Positions 9,442 to 17,625 of a stretch of 64,000 bases of DNA are shown piece after piece. How positions within the stretch are numbered: the first letter of the stretch is position 1; each line of letters opens with the position of its first letter. Made by a program: the position numbers and the translations under genes. Source of the DNA: Candidatus Doudnabacteria bacterium (GTDB taxonomy: Bacteria; Patescibacteriota; Doudnabacteria; UBA920; 2-01-FULL-46-14). The stretch spans positions 9,904 to 73,903 of the forward strand of contig JBGQGB010000001.1 in assembly GCA_041497195.1 (NCBI GenBank). Direction: 5' to 3'. The notes beneath the pieces were generated by a model. The model was given only the letters and a program-made list of their open reading frames with translations. It did no database searches and had not been told where the DNA came from.

Positions 9442-11667
9442 TTAGAGGCTCATTTGTCTTTTCTTGCCAAACGCAAATGGAAGCAGGGAAAGGAGTAATA
9501 TCACCATAATGCTGATGGGATCCATACCGGTGCGGGGAAGCGTATTGGCTCCTGCGACTTGCGGGGTCGGGACTACCAGAGTCAGTCCCCCGTCGATTTG
9601 GGGTTGTGGGCTTGCTGGAGTATTCAGATTGGGATTAGCCGGTGTTGGAGACCCACCACCACCGCCGCCTCCACCGCCGGTACTGACCTGCACAGTGACT
9701 GAACCGCCTCCACCGCCAGAGGTTTGCGCGACATCATCATTAGTCAAAGTGCAAGTCTTGGTCTCAGAAACCTGCAAAGTGACGCTCCCGTTGTGGTCGC
9801 AATCTCCACTGAAGCTACCGGCGTAACCGGTCGGCGAATCTTCGGTCACAGTATACGTCCCGACATTGAGGATATAGGTCGTGCCAGTTTCCGAACCCGG
9901 GGCCGGGCTGCCGCTGACATCAGTATTGCCGCTATTTTTGACGTGTAAGATGAAAGCAGTCGAAGTGGCGGTGCCCCCGTTGTCGTTGATGACGTGTTTG
10001 ATGACTACTAGAGTACTAGTCGCCTCAGAAGGCGGATTGGCAATGTCGTCGTTCGTGACTGTGCAAGTTTTCGTTTCCCCGGCAGCGATAGAACCGCTGC
10101 AGTTCTCTCCCAGAGTCTTTGTATAAGAAGAGTCAACCGCTTCGTCCACGCTGTAAGTGCCAGCATCCAGTGTCACAGTCTTGCCAGTCTCGCTGCCGGC
10201 AAAAGACGACTGTGAGACGTTGGTGCCGGTCACCTGCATAGTGAAATCTGCAGCCTGTTTCGTGCCGCCATCATCATTAATGACGTGCTTCTTCACTATC
10301 AGCGTAGCGCTCGTCAGGGTAGGCGGCAGGACTTGCAATTGATTGAGAACTACCAGGGTGCGATCAGGCCGGTCATTATTCAGCACGATGTGCCCGTCTA
10401 CGTTTTGATTGCGACTGCCATCGTTCGCCTGATTACCGTCAAACAGGTTGCCGTCATAAGCAAAGAAATCACTGAGCGTCGCAATAGTGACTGTAAACTG
10501 GTCGTTGTACTTTGGCGTCGCCCACCCGGTCGGATTCGAAATCGTCTCCTGCCCATAGTAATATGCGCCGATGGCCAAGTTGTCATACTTGAGACACTGC
10601 GCGTCATTGCTGGTACTGGCAGCCAAAATTTTTGCGTTGAAGCTCAAAGGATTAATAAACACAGAATCAGGGATCTGTCCGACAGGGGCCCCTAGAGAAG
10701 TCACTGGATCAGGGGTCAGTCCCGGAATAGTGAACGTCACTGAAGGGCTCTGCGACCCGTCCACGATTTTGTTGTTTGAATCAATAATCATCTTGCAAAC
10801 CGTGATGGAGCCGGTTTTGGGCGGAGGTGGTAGATTGCAATCCTTGTTGCCCGCAGTATGTACGGTGTTGCTCTGGACCCAGGTGTTGCCATTGTCATAC
10901 TCAGTAGAGGTGATTTTGGCAGTGTTGGGAATGTCGAACTGGCCGCAGGTTGCCGGATCGTTCACTGTTGCGGTGAATTTTACCCAGCCGGACTGGCCCG
11001 GGGTCAAAACATGAGCGTTCCAGTGCAAGCGGCGGCTGCCTGTTTCATACAGCGGGGTGCTGTTGTAGCCAGCATCCACGTTGCCACTCGTGATGGAATT
11101 GACGAAAGTCAAATTGGTATCCACAGCGTCTGCGACATGGACTCCCCCGCCGGTGCAGTTGGCAGTGCCTGTGTTTTGAAAATTGATGGTGTAAGTCAAA
11201 GTATCACCTGACTGGGCCGAAGCCTGGTCAACTGATTTGGTGATGGTCATCACGCACTGGCTAGACTGGTGACCCCCGCCATTGTTGTCTTGGTCATGAT
11301 TTTGATCATCGCCACTGTGATCTTGATTGTTACTGTTGTCCTGATCATGGCTTTGATCGTCGCTAGAGCCGTCGTTCTGATCATGACTGTTGCCATTGTT
11401 TTGGTTGTTTTGGTCATGATTGCCGGAATTGTCGTTTTGATTACTGTCGTTTTGATCATTGCCCTGGCTGTGGCCCTGATCCTGGCTCTGGCCGCTGTTG
11501 CTGTTGTCGTTAGCCATAGCTACGTTGACCGAAGGACCGATGACGAAAAATAGCTCCATAGCGACCATGGTCACGGAAGCTGCGAAAAACGTTTTGGATT
11601 TGCGAAATAATTTTGCCGTCTGCGGTTGCAGGTCTTTGGGGCAAACGATGAATTCCTGTTGAGTCAT
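9442..11667 (-). CDS. LPXTG surface protein 1 (signal peptide, D/N/Q/H-rich tract, DUF11-like domain, SpaA/prealbumin-like repeats)
   Basis: ITKSVD..GDTLTYTINFQNTG; repeats KHVINDxGGT...C..G..TKTCTxTNDD; C-terminal LPRTG, hydrophobic stretch and KKR. Confidence 0.9.
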   Translation of the reverse strand: MTQQEFIVCPKDLQPQTAKLFRKSKTFFAASVTMVAMELFFVIGPSVNVAMANDNSNSGQSQDQGHSQGNDQNDSNQNDNSGNHDQNNQNNGNSHDQNDGSSDDQSHDQDNSNNQDHSGDDQNHDQDNNGGGHQSSQCVMTITKSVDQASAQSGDTLTYTINFQNTGTANCTGGGVHVADAVDTNLTFVNSITSGNVDAGYNSTPLYETGSRRLHWNAHVLTPGQSGWVKFTATVNDPATCGQFDIPNTAKITSTEYDNGNTWVQSNTVHTAGNKDCNLPPPPKTGSITVCKMIIDSNNKIVDGSQSPSVTFTIPGLTPDPVTSLGAPVGQIPDSVFINPLSFNAKILAASTSNDAQCLKYDNLAIGAYYYGQETISNPTGWATPKYNDQFTVTIATLSDFFAYDGNLFDGNQANDGSRNQNVDGHIVLNNDRPDRTLVVLNQLQVLPPTLTSATLIVKKHVINDDGGTKQAADFTMQVTGTNVSQSSFAGSETGKTVTLDAGTYSVDEAVDSSYTKTLGENCSGSIAAGETKTCTVTNDDIANPPSEATSTLVVIKHVINDNGGTATSTAFILHVKNSGNTDVSGSPAPGSETGTTYILNVGTYTVTEDSPTGYAGSFSGDCDHNGSVTLQVSETKTCTLTNDDVAQTSGGGGGSVTVQVSTGGGGGGGGGSPTPANPNLNTPASPQPQIDGGLTLVVPTPQVAGANTLPRTGMDPISIMVILLLSLLPFAFGKKRQMSL

Positions 11668-11723
11668 GGTTTTTTCCTTTTGATTAATTCCAAACTCATG
11701 CCTTAAAATATCCTGAACAGCAA

Positions 11724-11752
11724 ACTATAGCATACCTAAAACTTCTCGTCAA
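11724..11752 (-). promoter_or_regulatory. Sigma70-type promoter of LPXTG protein 1
   Basis: TTGACG-N17-TATAGT with TG extended -10. Confidence 0.65.
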
Positions 11753-11828
11753 CCACTGGGAGTGAAAAACCGGCTATTTTTGGCTAAATTAAGGCTTTTC
11801 CGCAATAGCAACCCTCACTAGTATGGAC

Positions 11829-11864
11829 AAAAAATCAGCCTCTTTCTTACAAAGAGGCTGATTT
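11829..11864 (-). terminator. Terminator after LPXTG protein 2
   Basis: AAATCAGCCTCTTT/AAAGAGGCTGATTT stem with T run on the minus strand. Confidence 0.8.
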
Positions 11865-11889
11865 GGGATAAATCCCTTTTCAATCAATA

Positions 11890-14346
11890 TTACTTTTGCT
11901 TCGTGCGCCGGCTGATTCGCGGCTTGGCCTTTTGCTTGCTCATCCAGGGGGCAATAAGAGACAAGCTCAAGAACAAGAGATAATCAGCTATATCAGCGCC
12001 TGTTCGCGGCAGAGTCGTAGCGCCAGCCACTTGAGGCTGAGGAGTCGGAGTCTGCGCGCCAGCGACACTCGGGGCTGGGGTTGGAGTAGGAGTATTCAAG
12101 TTCGGATTCGGGGGGGGGGTAGAACTTCCACCACCACCACCACTCGGAGGAGGGGGAGGAGGATTGCCTCCACCACCACCGCCACAATTCTCAGTACATC
12201 CACCAGTGCTGCCTGCGATAGTTAGAGATGCGTCAGCTTTGTCATTGCTCAAATCAATATTTGGGTCACCAGTGACAATTGCTTCGTTGACGATCGTGTC
12301 GCCAGCGTTTCCACTGACTGTTGCCGTTATGTGCAAAGTCACGGCATTTCCCGAGCCCACCGCCAAATCACCAATAGTCCAGATCTTCGTATTTGTATCA
12401 TACGCCCCACCACTGCCGTCATCCGAAACATAACTAAGTCCAGATAGCAAAGGATCGCTCACAGAGACATTGTTGGCCACATCTGGGCCATTGTTCGTGA
12501 CTGTAATCGTGTAGATTACTGTGTCGCCAGAGTGAGGTGAATTATTGTCAATGTCTTTGCTAATCACAAGGTCAGCACTTGGAGCGACAAAAGTATTGGT
12601 AATAGTGCAAATAGCTATTACACCAACGCCTAAGGTGATTTGATTACCTTGAGTAACCGGGATATCGCCACCACAATCCCAGGCTTGGCCATTGTTGTAA
12701 TTCGCCACACTGCCAGTTTCAGACAGAGTGTAAGTACCGGCTTGGAAAGTCCCATCACTGGTAGCACCACCTGGCCCGGAAAGTACTGTCGGGACCTGTT
12801 GGTCACCAGTAGCAGTCAATGTCCAATCAGTCACGGATGCATTTCCGTCTCCGCCCAATTGTTTGACCAAAGTCAGGGAAGGCGCAATGTCATCGTTCAT
12901 GATAGTACATGTCGTAGTTTGCCCTGCAAGCACGGTCACGGCGCCGCTACCACAGTGCAATGACATATCAGATGCATATCCAGTATGATCACCTTCTGAA
13001 ACGGTATAAGGCCCTGGGAGCAAATTGGAATAAGTATAAGTTACACTTTGATCATTTCCGACAGGTGAAACAGGCGATAAATCATTGCTTCCGTCGTTGA
13101 CAATGATTTGGAAACTTCCAGCAGTTTGCGTACCGCCATTGTCATTAGTGACGTTTTTAACTACCACTAAGTTACCTTGCGTTGGCGGGGGAAGTGGCAA
13201 ATCATCGTTCGTCACGATACAAGTCTTCTGGCCACCGGCTGGCATAGTTCCCGAACAGTCAGTTGAATAGCTGGTTAAATATCCCGCCGCAGTTGGTTCA
13301 GTCACCGAATAAGAGCCGTTGGCATCAATCGTGACCGCTACGCCATTTTCGTTTCCAGTCACAGAAGCGGGACTGGGATTGCCACCACTAATATTGAGAG
13401 TAAAACCAGAGGCAACCGAACTGCCAGTCTGATCATCATTAATCACGTGCTTGATGACAGTCAGAGTCCCTGGCTGAGGAGGAGCCGCATTATCGTCATT
13501 AGTCAGAGTACAGAAATAAACCTGGCCCCTGTGAATAGTGATATTTCCATTGCTATCGCAATTACCGCTGAAGCTTGCCGTGTATCCACCTGGTCCGGTT
13601 TCAGTAATTGCATATGAAGTTCCCGTTCCAGAGGCAGCCGAGAAATCTTGGACAACACCGCTCGTTACGGTGGTGGCACCAACCTTGAGCGTATAGTTAC
13701 TAATCTGAGCACTGCCGCCATCATTATTAACGACGACTTTGGTCAGAGTGAGAGATCCCTTTGTAGAAGGAGGGACATGTACACAAATCGTCACCGAAAT
13801 AACACTGTCAGCCTGGTTATCGTGCCCTGGAGGGCTCTCATGATACAGTCGTGCTTTAATCGTAAAATTTCCGGTACTCGTATAGGAATGGTCATTTGAT
13901 GGAGAAGTGGTAAAAGTATATGTAAAAGGAACATGTCCGGAGTTTGGAGTAAATATTCCGAGGCCATTGGTCTGGTGTCCATCTCCCCAATCTACCTGAA
14001 CTTTGTATTGACTGGCATCTCCTGGAGGAGCGCTACCGGCGCCATGTCCCGTAACGGATACCGGGTTGAAAAGCGGACTGGTATTACAATTGAAATTGAA
14101 AGGACCGCTTTGACCGTTGATAGTATCAATAGTAATACTCGGGCCGACGTCGGCTTTGGTTGTTAGTGGAAGTGCTCCTGCCGTGAAAAACAATAAACTA
14201 AAAATCCCAACTACAGCCAAGCTCTTTTTGAGCCCAGAGTTTTGGGAAATATTTCTCACGAATTTATACAAACCAAGCTTTGACTTCTGTTTTCTCAATG
14301 CCCTTTTGTGTATGTCAATGTACTTCATGAGATATTTTCTAAGCAT
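11890..14346 (-). CDS. LPXTG surface protein 2 (PKD-like domain, four SpaA/prealbumin-like repeats, DUF11-like domain)
   Basis: VDWGDG (PKD-like); repeated K.V.ND...CT.TNDD; ADLVISK..VIYTITVTNNGPD; LPRTG, hydrophobic stretch and basic tail. Start moved to ATG 14346 because a promoter overlaps 14388. Confidence 0.9.
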   Translation of the reverse strand: MLRKYLMKYIDIHKRALRKQKSKLGLYKFVRNISQNSGLKKSLAVVGIFSLLFFTAGALPLTTKADVGPSITIDTINGQSGPFNFNCNTSPLFNPVSVTGHGAGSAPPGDASQYKVQVDWGDGHQTNGLGIFTPNSGHVPFTYTFTTSPSNDHSYTSTGNFTIKARLYHESPPGHDNQADSVISVTICVHVPPSTKGSLTLTKVVVNNDGGSAQISNYTLKVGATTVTSGVVQDFSAASGTGTSYAITETGPGGYTASFSGNCDSNGNITIHRGQVYFCTLTNDDNAAPPQPGTLTVIKHVINDDQTGSSVASGFTLNISGGNPSPASVTGNENGVAVTIDANGSYSVTEPTAAGYLTSYSTDCSGTMPAGGQKTCIVTNDDLPLPPPTQGNLVVVKNVTNDNGGTQTAGSFQIIVNDGSNDLSPVSPVGNDQSVTYTYSNLLPGPYTVSEGDHTGYASDMSLHCGSGAVTVLAGQTTTCTIMNDDIAPSLTLVKQLGGDGNASVTDWTLTATGDQQVPTVLSGPGGATSDGTFQAGTYTLSETGSVANYNNGQAWDCGGDIPVTQGNQITLGVGVIAICTITNTFVAPSADLVISKDIDNNSPHSGDTVIYTITVTNNGPDVANNVSVSDPLLSGLSYVSDDGSGGAYDTNTKIWTIGDLAVGSGNAVTLHITATVSGNAGDTIVNEAIVTGDPNIDLSNDKADASLTIAGSTGGCTENCGGGGGGNPPPPPPSGGGGGSSTPPPNPNLNTPTPTPAPSVAGAQTPTPQPQVAGATTLPRTGADIADYLLFLSLSLIAPWMSKQKAKPRISRRTKQK

Positions 14347-14379
14347 GTTAGATTTATAACTTTTTAAGTATAACAAATT

Positions 14380-14408
14380 ATGATACACACAAATTCCGGC
14401 TTTGTCAA
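14380..14408 (-). promoter_or_regulatory. Sigma70-type promoter of LPXTG protein 2
   Basis: TTGACA-N17-TATCAT. Confidence 0.7.
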
Positions 14409-14589
14409 CACTGAGGAGGAGAAAATGGAAAAAACATCGTTTTTTGGCTTATCCACTGCGTTCTGGAGTGAAAACGCTTGAGACTAGCCAAAAATATGGT
14501 AAGATAAATAAAGTTTAAACGACTCATAAATATAGAAACCAAAGGTCGAGTAAAACCTGTTTGAATCTTAAATTTTAAGCAATCCATAC

Positions 14590-15450
14590 ATGATCAAAAA
14601 AATTCTCAACTTTTCCGTATTGATGACTAGTTTGTCTTTGAGCCTATTGCTGCCGAGCCTGGCCTTGGCAGAAACCGGAGATTCTACTGGCAGTACCAAT
14701 CCCGTCTTTCTCAACACGACCAATACCAGTACCGGGACGAGCACGGCCCGCGAACTCAGACTGCAGCAAGAAAAACAAAAGCGCCAGGCGCAGCTCCAGG
14801 CCCTGACAGCCAGACGAGCCTGCAACAAAGCCGCTCTCGACAAACGCAACACCGCCATGAAAACGGCGTACACTGACTACACTACAGCACTCAAGTCCGC
14901 GCGCGACGCTTACAAAGCAGCAATCACCGCGGCCAAAGCCCTCACTGACGTGGACGCGAAGAACGCTGCCATCAAAGCAGCGAGCCAAGTTTACCTGGCA
15001 GCCAAACAAGCCGCCAACGATACGCTTCGCGACGCCAGAAATGCCGCAACAGCTCAATACAAGATTGACTTGCAAGCTTGCAAAACCAATGTGCTCGGTG
15101 AGACTATCACCAACGCGCAAGGCCTCAGTGCTTCTGCCTGCCTGGTGACGGCTCTAAAGACCCGAAACAGCGCCCTTCAGGCGGCCCAAACCGCCTTGCA
15201 GCAAGCCTTGCAAACAGCGCAGACTACTTTCAAGACCGCCATGGATGCAGCCAAAGCCCTCACTGACACGACAGCCAAAGCAGCTGCGATTAAGGCTGCG
15301 CGAGCCGCCTACCGCACTGACTTCAAAGCCGCCCTCGACGCTTGGAATACCGCGCGCAAAGCCGCGACCAAGCAGTTCCAGAGTGATCTCAAAGCCTGCA
15401 AGCCGCTACCGACTCCGGCCAGTACGACTAGTACCACTACAAACCAGTAA
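14590..15450 (+). CDS. Secreted Ala-rich alpha-helical protein with two Cys-bounded repeats
   Basis: Signal peptide ending ALA; two ~88-aa repeats, each AC...DL(Q/K)ACK. Confidence 0.85.
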   Translation: MIKKILNFSVLMTSLSLSLLLPSLALAETGDSTGSTNPVFLNTTNTSTGTSTARELRLQQEKQKRQAQLQALTARRACNKAALDKRNTAMKTAYTDYTTALKSARDAYKAAITAAKALTDVDAKNAAIKAASQVYLAAKQAANDTLRDARNAATAQYKIDLQACKTNVLGETITNAQGLSASACLVTALKTRNSALQAAQTALQQALQTAQTTFKTAMDAAKALTDTTAKAAAIKAARAAYRTDFKAALDAWNTARKAATKQFQSDLKACKPLPTPASTTSTTTNQ

Positions 15451-15472
15451 ATCTGGGCTGAGGATCTGGATC

Positions 15473-15506
15473 AAAAAACCCCCGATGCAATCGGGGGTTT
15501 TGTTTT
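15473..15506. terminator. Bidirectional terminator
   Basis: AAAACCCCCGAT/ATCGGGGGTTTT between convergent genes. Confidence 0.85.
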
Positions 15507-15523
15507 ACTTTGGAAAAATTGCC

Positions 15524-16792
15524 TCAGAACGCCGAGATCCCTTTCGGGCTGCCCATGCCTGTGGGGCCGTCATAGGACGGACCGGCAATGCACAAAAAAG
15601 CGACAGTGCAAGAACCATTGCTCCCGCTCGTGACGTCATGAAGGCCGGAGGTGTGAGAATACGGGTAGCCGTTGGCTGGGGAAATAGACGAAGCATTGCC
15701 AGCCTGCGCATAAGTGGCAGCTACAATGGGAGCCGCCAAACTCGTGCCGCCGACCTGGAACCAGCCGCTGCGGCCGGACAAACGTACCGAGTCATAGACA
15801 GCAGCGCCGGAGGCCGGATCAGCGTCCGCAGACACATCAGCCACCATGCGATTGGGACACGACGCACTCAGGCCCAAGAGAGCTTGCGCCGGTGTCTGCG
15901 GTTCATAAGCCGAGCAGCCACTGCCAGCGCCGGCCCAAGTGGTCTCGCTGCCATAAGTATTGCCAGGGCCGAGGGTGAGAGTCGTACCGCCGACTGCCGT
16001 GACATACTGCGACGCAGCCGGATATTCCACCCCGTAGCCGCTATCGCCGGAACTGAAGGTGATGGCCACGCCGGATTTGTTGAGATGCCCGTCATAGGTT
16101 GAGGTGGTCTCGGCGGAAAATTCATTTGCACCCCAGGAGTTGGAAATGACTTTGGCTCCCATGATGGCGGCGCGATCCTCGGCAGCCATCAAATCGGCAA
16201 ACCCGTTGGAGCTGGCCTCGACCAACAAGATTTTGCAAGTAGGGCAAAGACCGTGCGCCACTTCCACGTCGAGCGCAATCTCGAGGGCCCAGCCTGCGTT
16301 CGTCTGCGGGTAACTGGTGCCGCCTTTTTGATTGACTTTCTGGAAACAGCTGGTCGTCACCGAACCGGAACAACTCGGAAAAAACGGCAACCCAAAGGTC
16401 GAATCGTATTTGTCGAGGTCTGATTTGATGTACGGGTCATTGTAAGCATCCACGATGGCGATGGTCTGCGTCGAGTTTACGCTCGCCAAGCCGTAGACGC
16501 CGCGAAGTTGCGCTGGCCCATTCCCGGCCGGCAAGACGTTGGCTTTGGGCGCGCCCGAGGGGTCCACCACTATGCGCGCGTTGCAGCCAGCCAGGTCATC
16601 GCCTCGCTTGGGTACTGCACAAACTCTCGCATGCTGCACGCCAGAGCGGCTGGTCTCGATGGAAGAGGCCACAACCCCGTCCTCATCCCCGGTTTGCTGT
16701 TGCTGCGCAAGGGCCACCCCAGTGCTGCCCAAAAGCAGAGCGGCCACAGCCAAGCCCGCGGCATAAGGATAAAGATTTCGAGTGATTTTCAT
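15524..16792 (-). CDS. Secreted subtilase-clan serine protease, S53 (sedolisin)-like
   Basis: Signal peptide; EIALDVE (E-x3-D), ISNSWG, SSGDSG, GGTSLAAP, YDGPTGMGSP. Confidence 0.9.
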   Translation of the reverse strand: MKITRNLYPYAAGLAVAALLLGSTGVALAQQQQTGDEDGVVASSIETSRSGVQHARVCAVPKRGDDLAGCNARIVVDPSGAPKANVLPAGNGPAQLRGVYGLASVNSTQTIAIVDAYNDPYIKSDLDKYDSTFGLPFFPSCSGSVTTSCFQKVNQKGGTSYPQTNAGWALEIALDVEVAHGLCPTCKILLVEASSNGFADLMAAEDRAAIMGAKVISNSWGANEFSAETTSTYDGHLNKSGVAITFSSGDSGYGVEYPAASQYVTAVGGTTLTLGPGNTYGSETTWAGAGSGCSAYEPQTPAQALLGLSASCPNRMVADVSADADPASGAAVYDSVRLSGRSGWFQVGGTSLAAPIVAATYAQAGNASSISPANGYPYSHTSGLHDVTSGSNGSCTVAFLCIAGPSYDGPTGMGSPKGISAF

Positions 16793-16981
16793 AATAGCTT
16801 TTTAAGTCTTAATAATTGAAGCTTCTGGTCAATTCAGATTATAGCACTTTGGCCAATTTTGCTTTAGTATGTCCAAGGCCTCTAATTTCGAGATGATAGG
16901 TGAAGATAGCACCAAGAGGTTTCGCTGTCAAGATTGGAGCGAACCAGGGCATAAAACAGCGGTGACGAGGCCAATTATATC

Positions 16982-17025
16982 AAAAAAAAACGCCCGAGAA
17001 CCGCGCAAAGCGATAATCGGGCGTC
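16982..17025 (-). terminator. Terminator downstream of the 17103-17570 gene
   Basis: ACGCCCGA/TCGGGCGT stem followed by a T run on the minus strand. Confidence 0.7.
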
Positions 17026-17102
17026 TAAACAATCTCCAATGGAATCCTCCTTGTGAATGTGCCTGAACCACTTCAGGCGCTGGGCAGGTACAAAAGCTAG
17101 CC

Positions 17103-17570
17103 TTAGGGGGCTAGGTCCGCCTCAGAGGTGGCTTTGGGCCTCTCGGCATCTTTGGCCACATCCTCACGTTTGTGGTCGCGGGGCCCTGCTTGGCAGCTTA
17201 TACGCAAATTTTCGGCAACTGCTTCGGCAGCCTCGCTTTTCATAAGCGCGTGGCTGACCAGAACTGCCGTGATCTTGGGGAACAACTTATCCCAATCAGT
17301 CCGCCGCTGCTTTTCAAAAACAGCAGAGTGCGCAATAACGACAACCTTGGTCAGACCAGGTATGGCCTTGAACTCAGGGGCTAGCCCGACCAGGTTGACG
17401 TCGTCCGATGCTCTCAGAGTCAGGCGGTCTCCCACTACGCAGCGAAACAAAAATCGGGGCTGCAGCTGAGACGGCTGACTCGACGACGAGACCTGGGCTG
17501 CAACGCCCGTGCAGGAGAGAACAACTGCAGCGACGAGTACGGTGATGAGCAAGCGCAATTTCTTTTTCAT
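17103..17570 (-). CDS. Hypothetical exported protein or lipoprotein; central part resembles an Nfu/NifU N-terminal scaffold domain
   Basis: MKKK plus hydrophobic stretch plus VLSC lipobox-like site; FKAIPGLTKV...EK...DWDKLFPKI pattern; G-rich SD; promoter TTGCAC-N18-TAAAAT at 17619-17590. Confidence 0.7.
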   Translation of the reverse strand: MKKKLRLLITVLVAAVVLSCTGVAAQVSSSSQPSQLQPRFLFRCVVGDRLTLRASDDVNLVGLAPEFKAIPGLTKVVVIAHSAVFEKQRRTDWDKLFPKITAVLVSHALMKSEAAEAVAENLRISCQAGPRDHKREDVAKDAERPKATSEADLAP

Positions 17571-17625
17571 CTCTCCCCCCTTTTTCGAGATTTTACTTGA
17601 CAGGGTATCCCTTGTGCAAAATCCA

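Noticed and set aside
17026-17095. Minus-strand hairpin and AAGGAGG SD followed by a 4-codon TTG ORF before the terminator
   Set aside because: Too short to support; may be a remnant of a deleted gene
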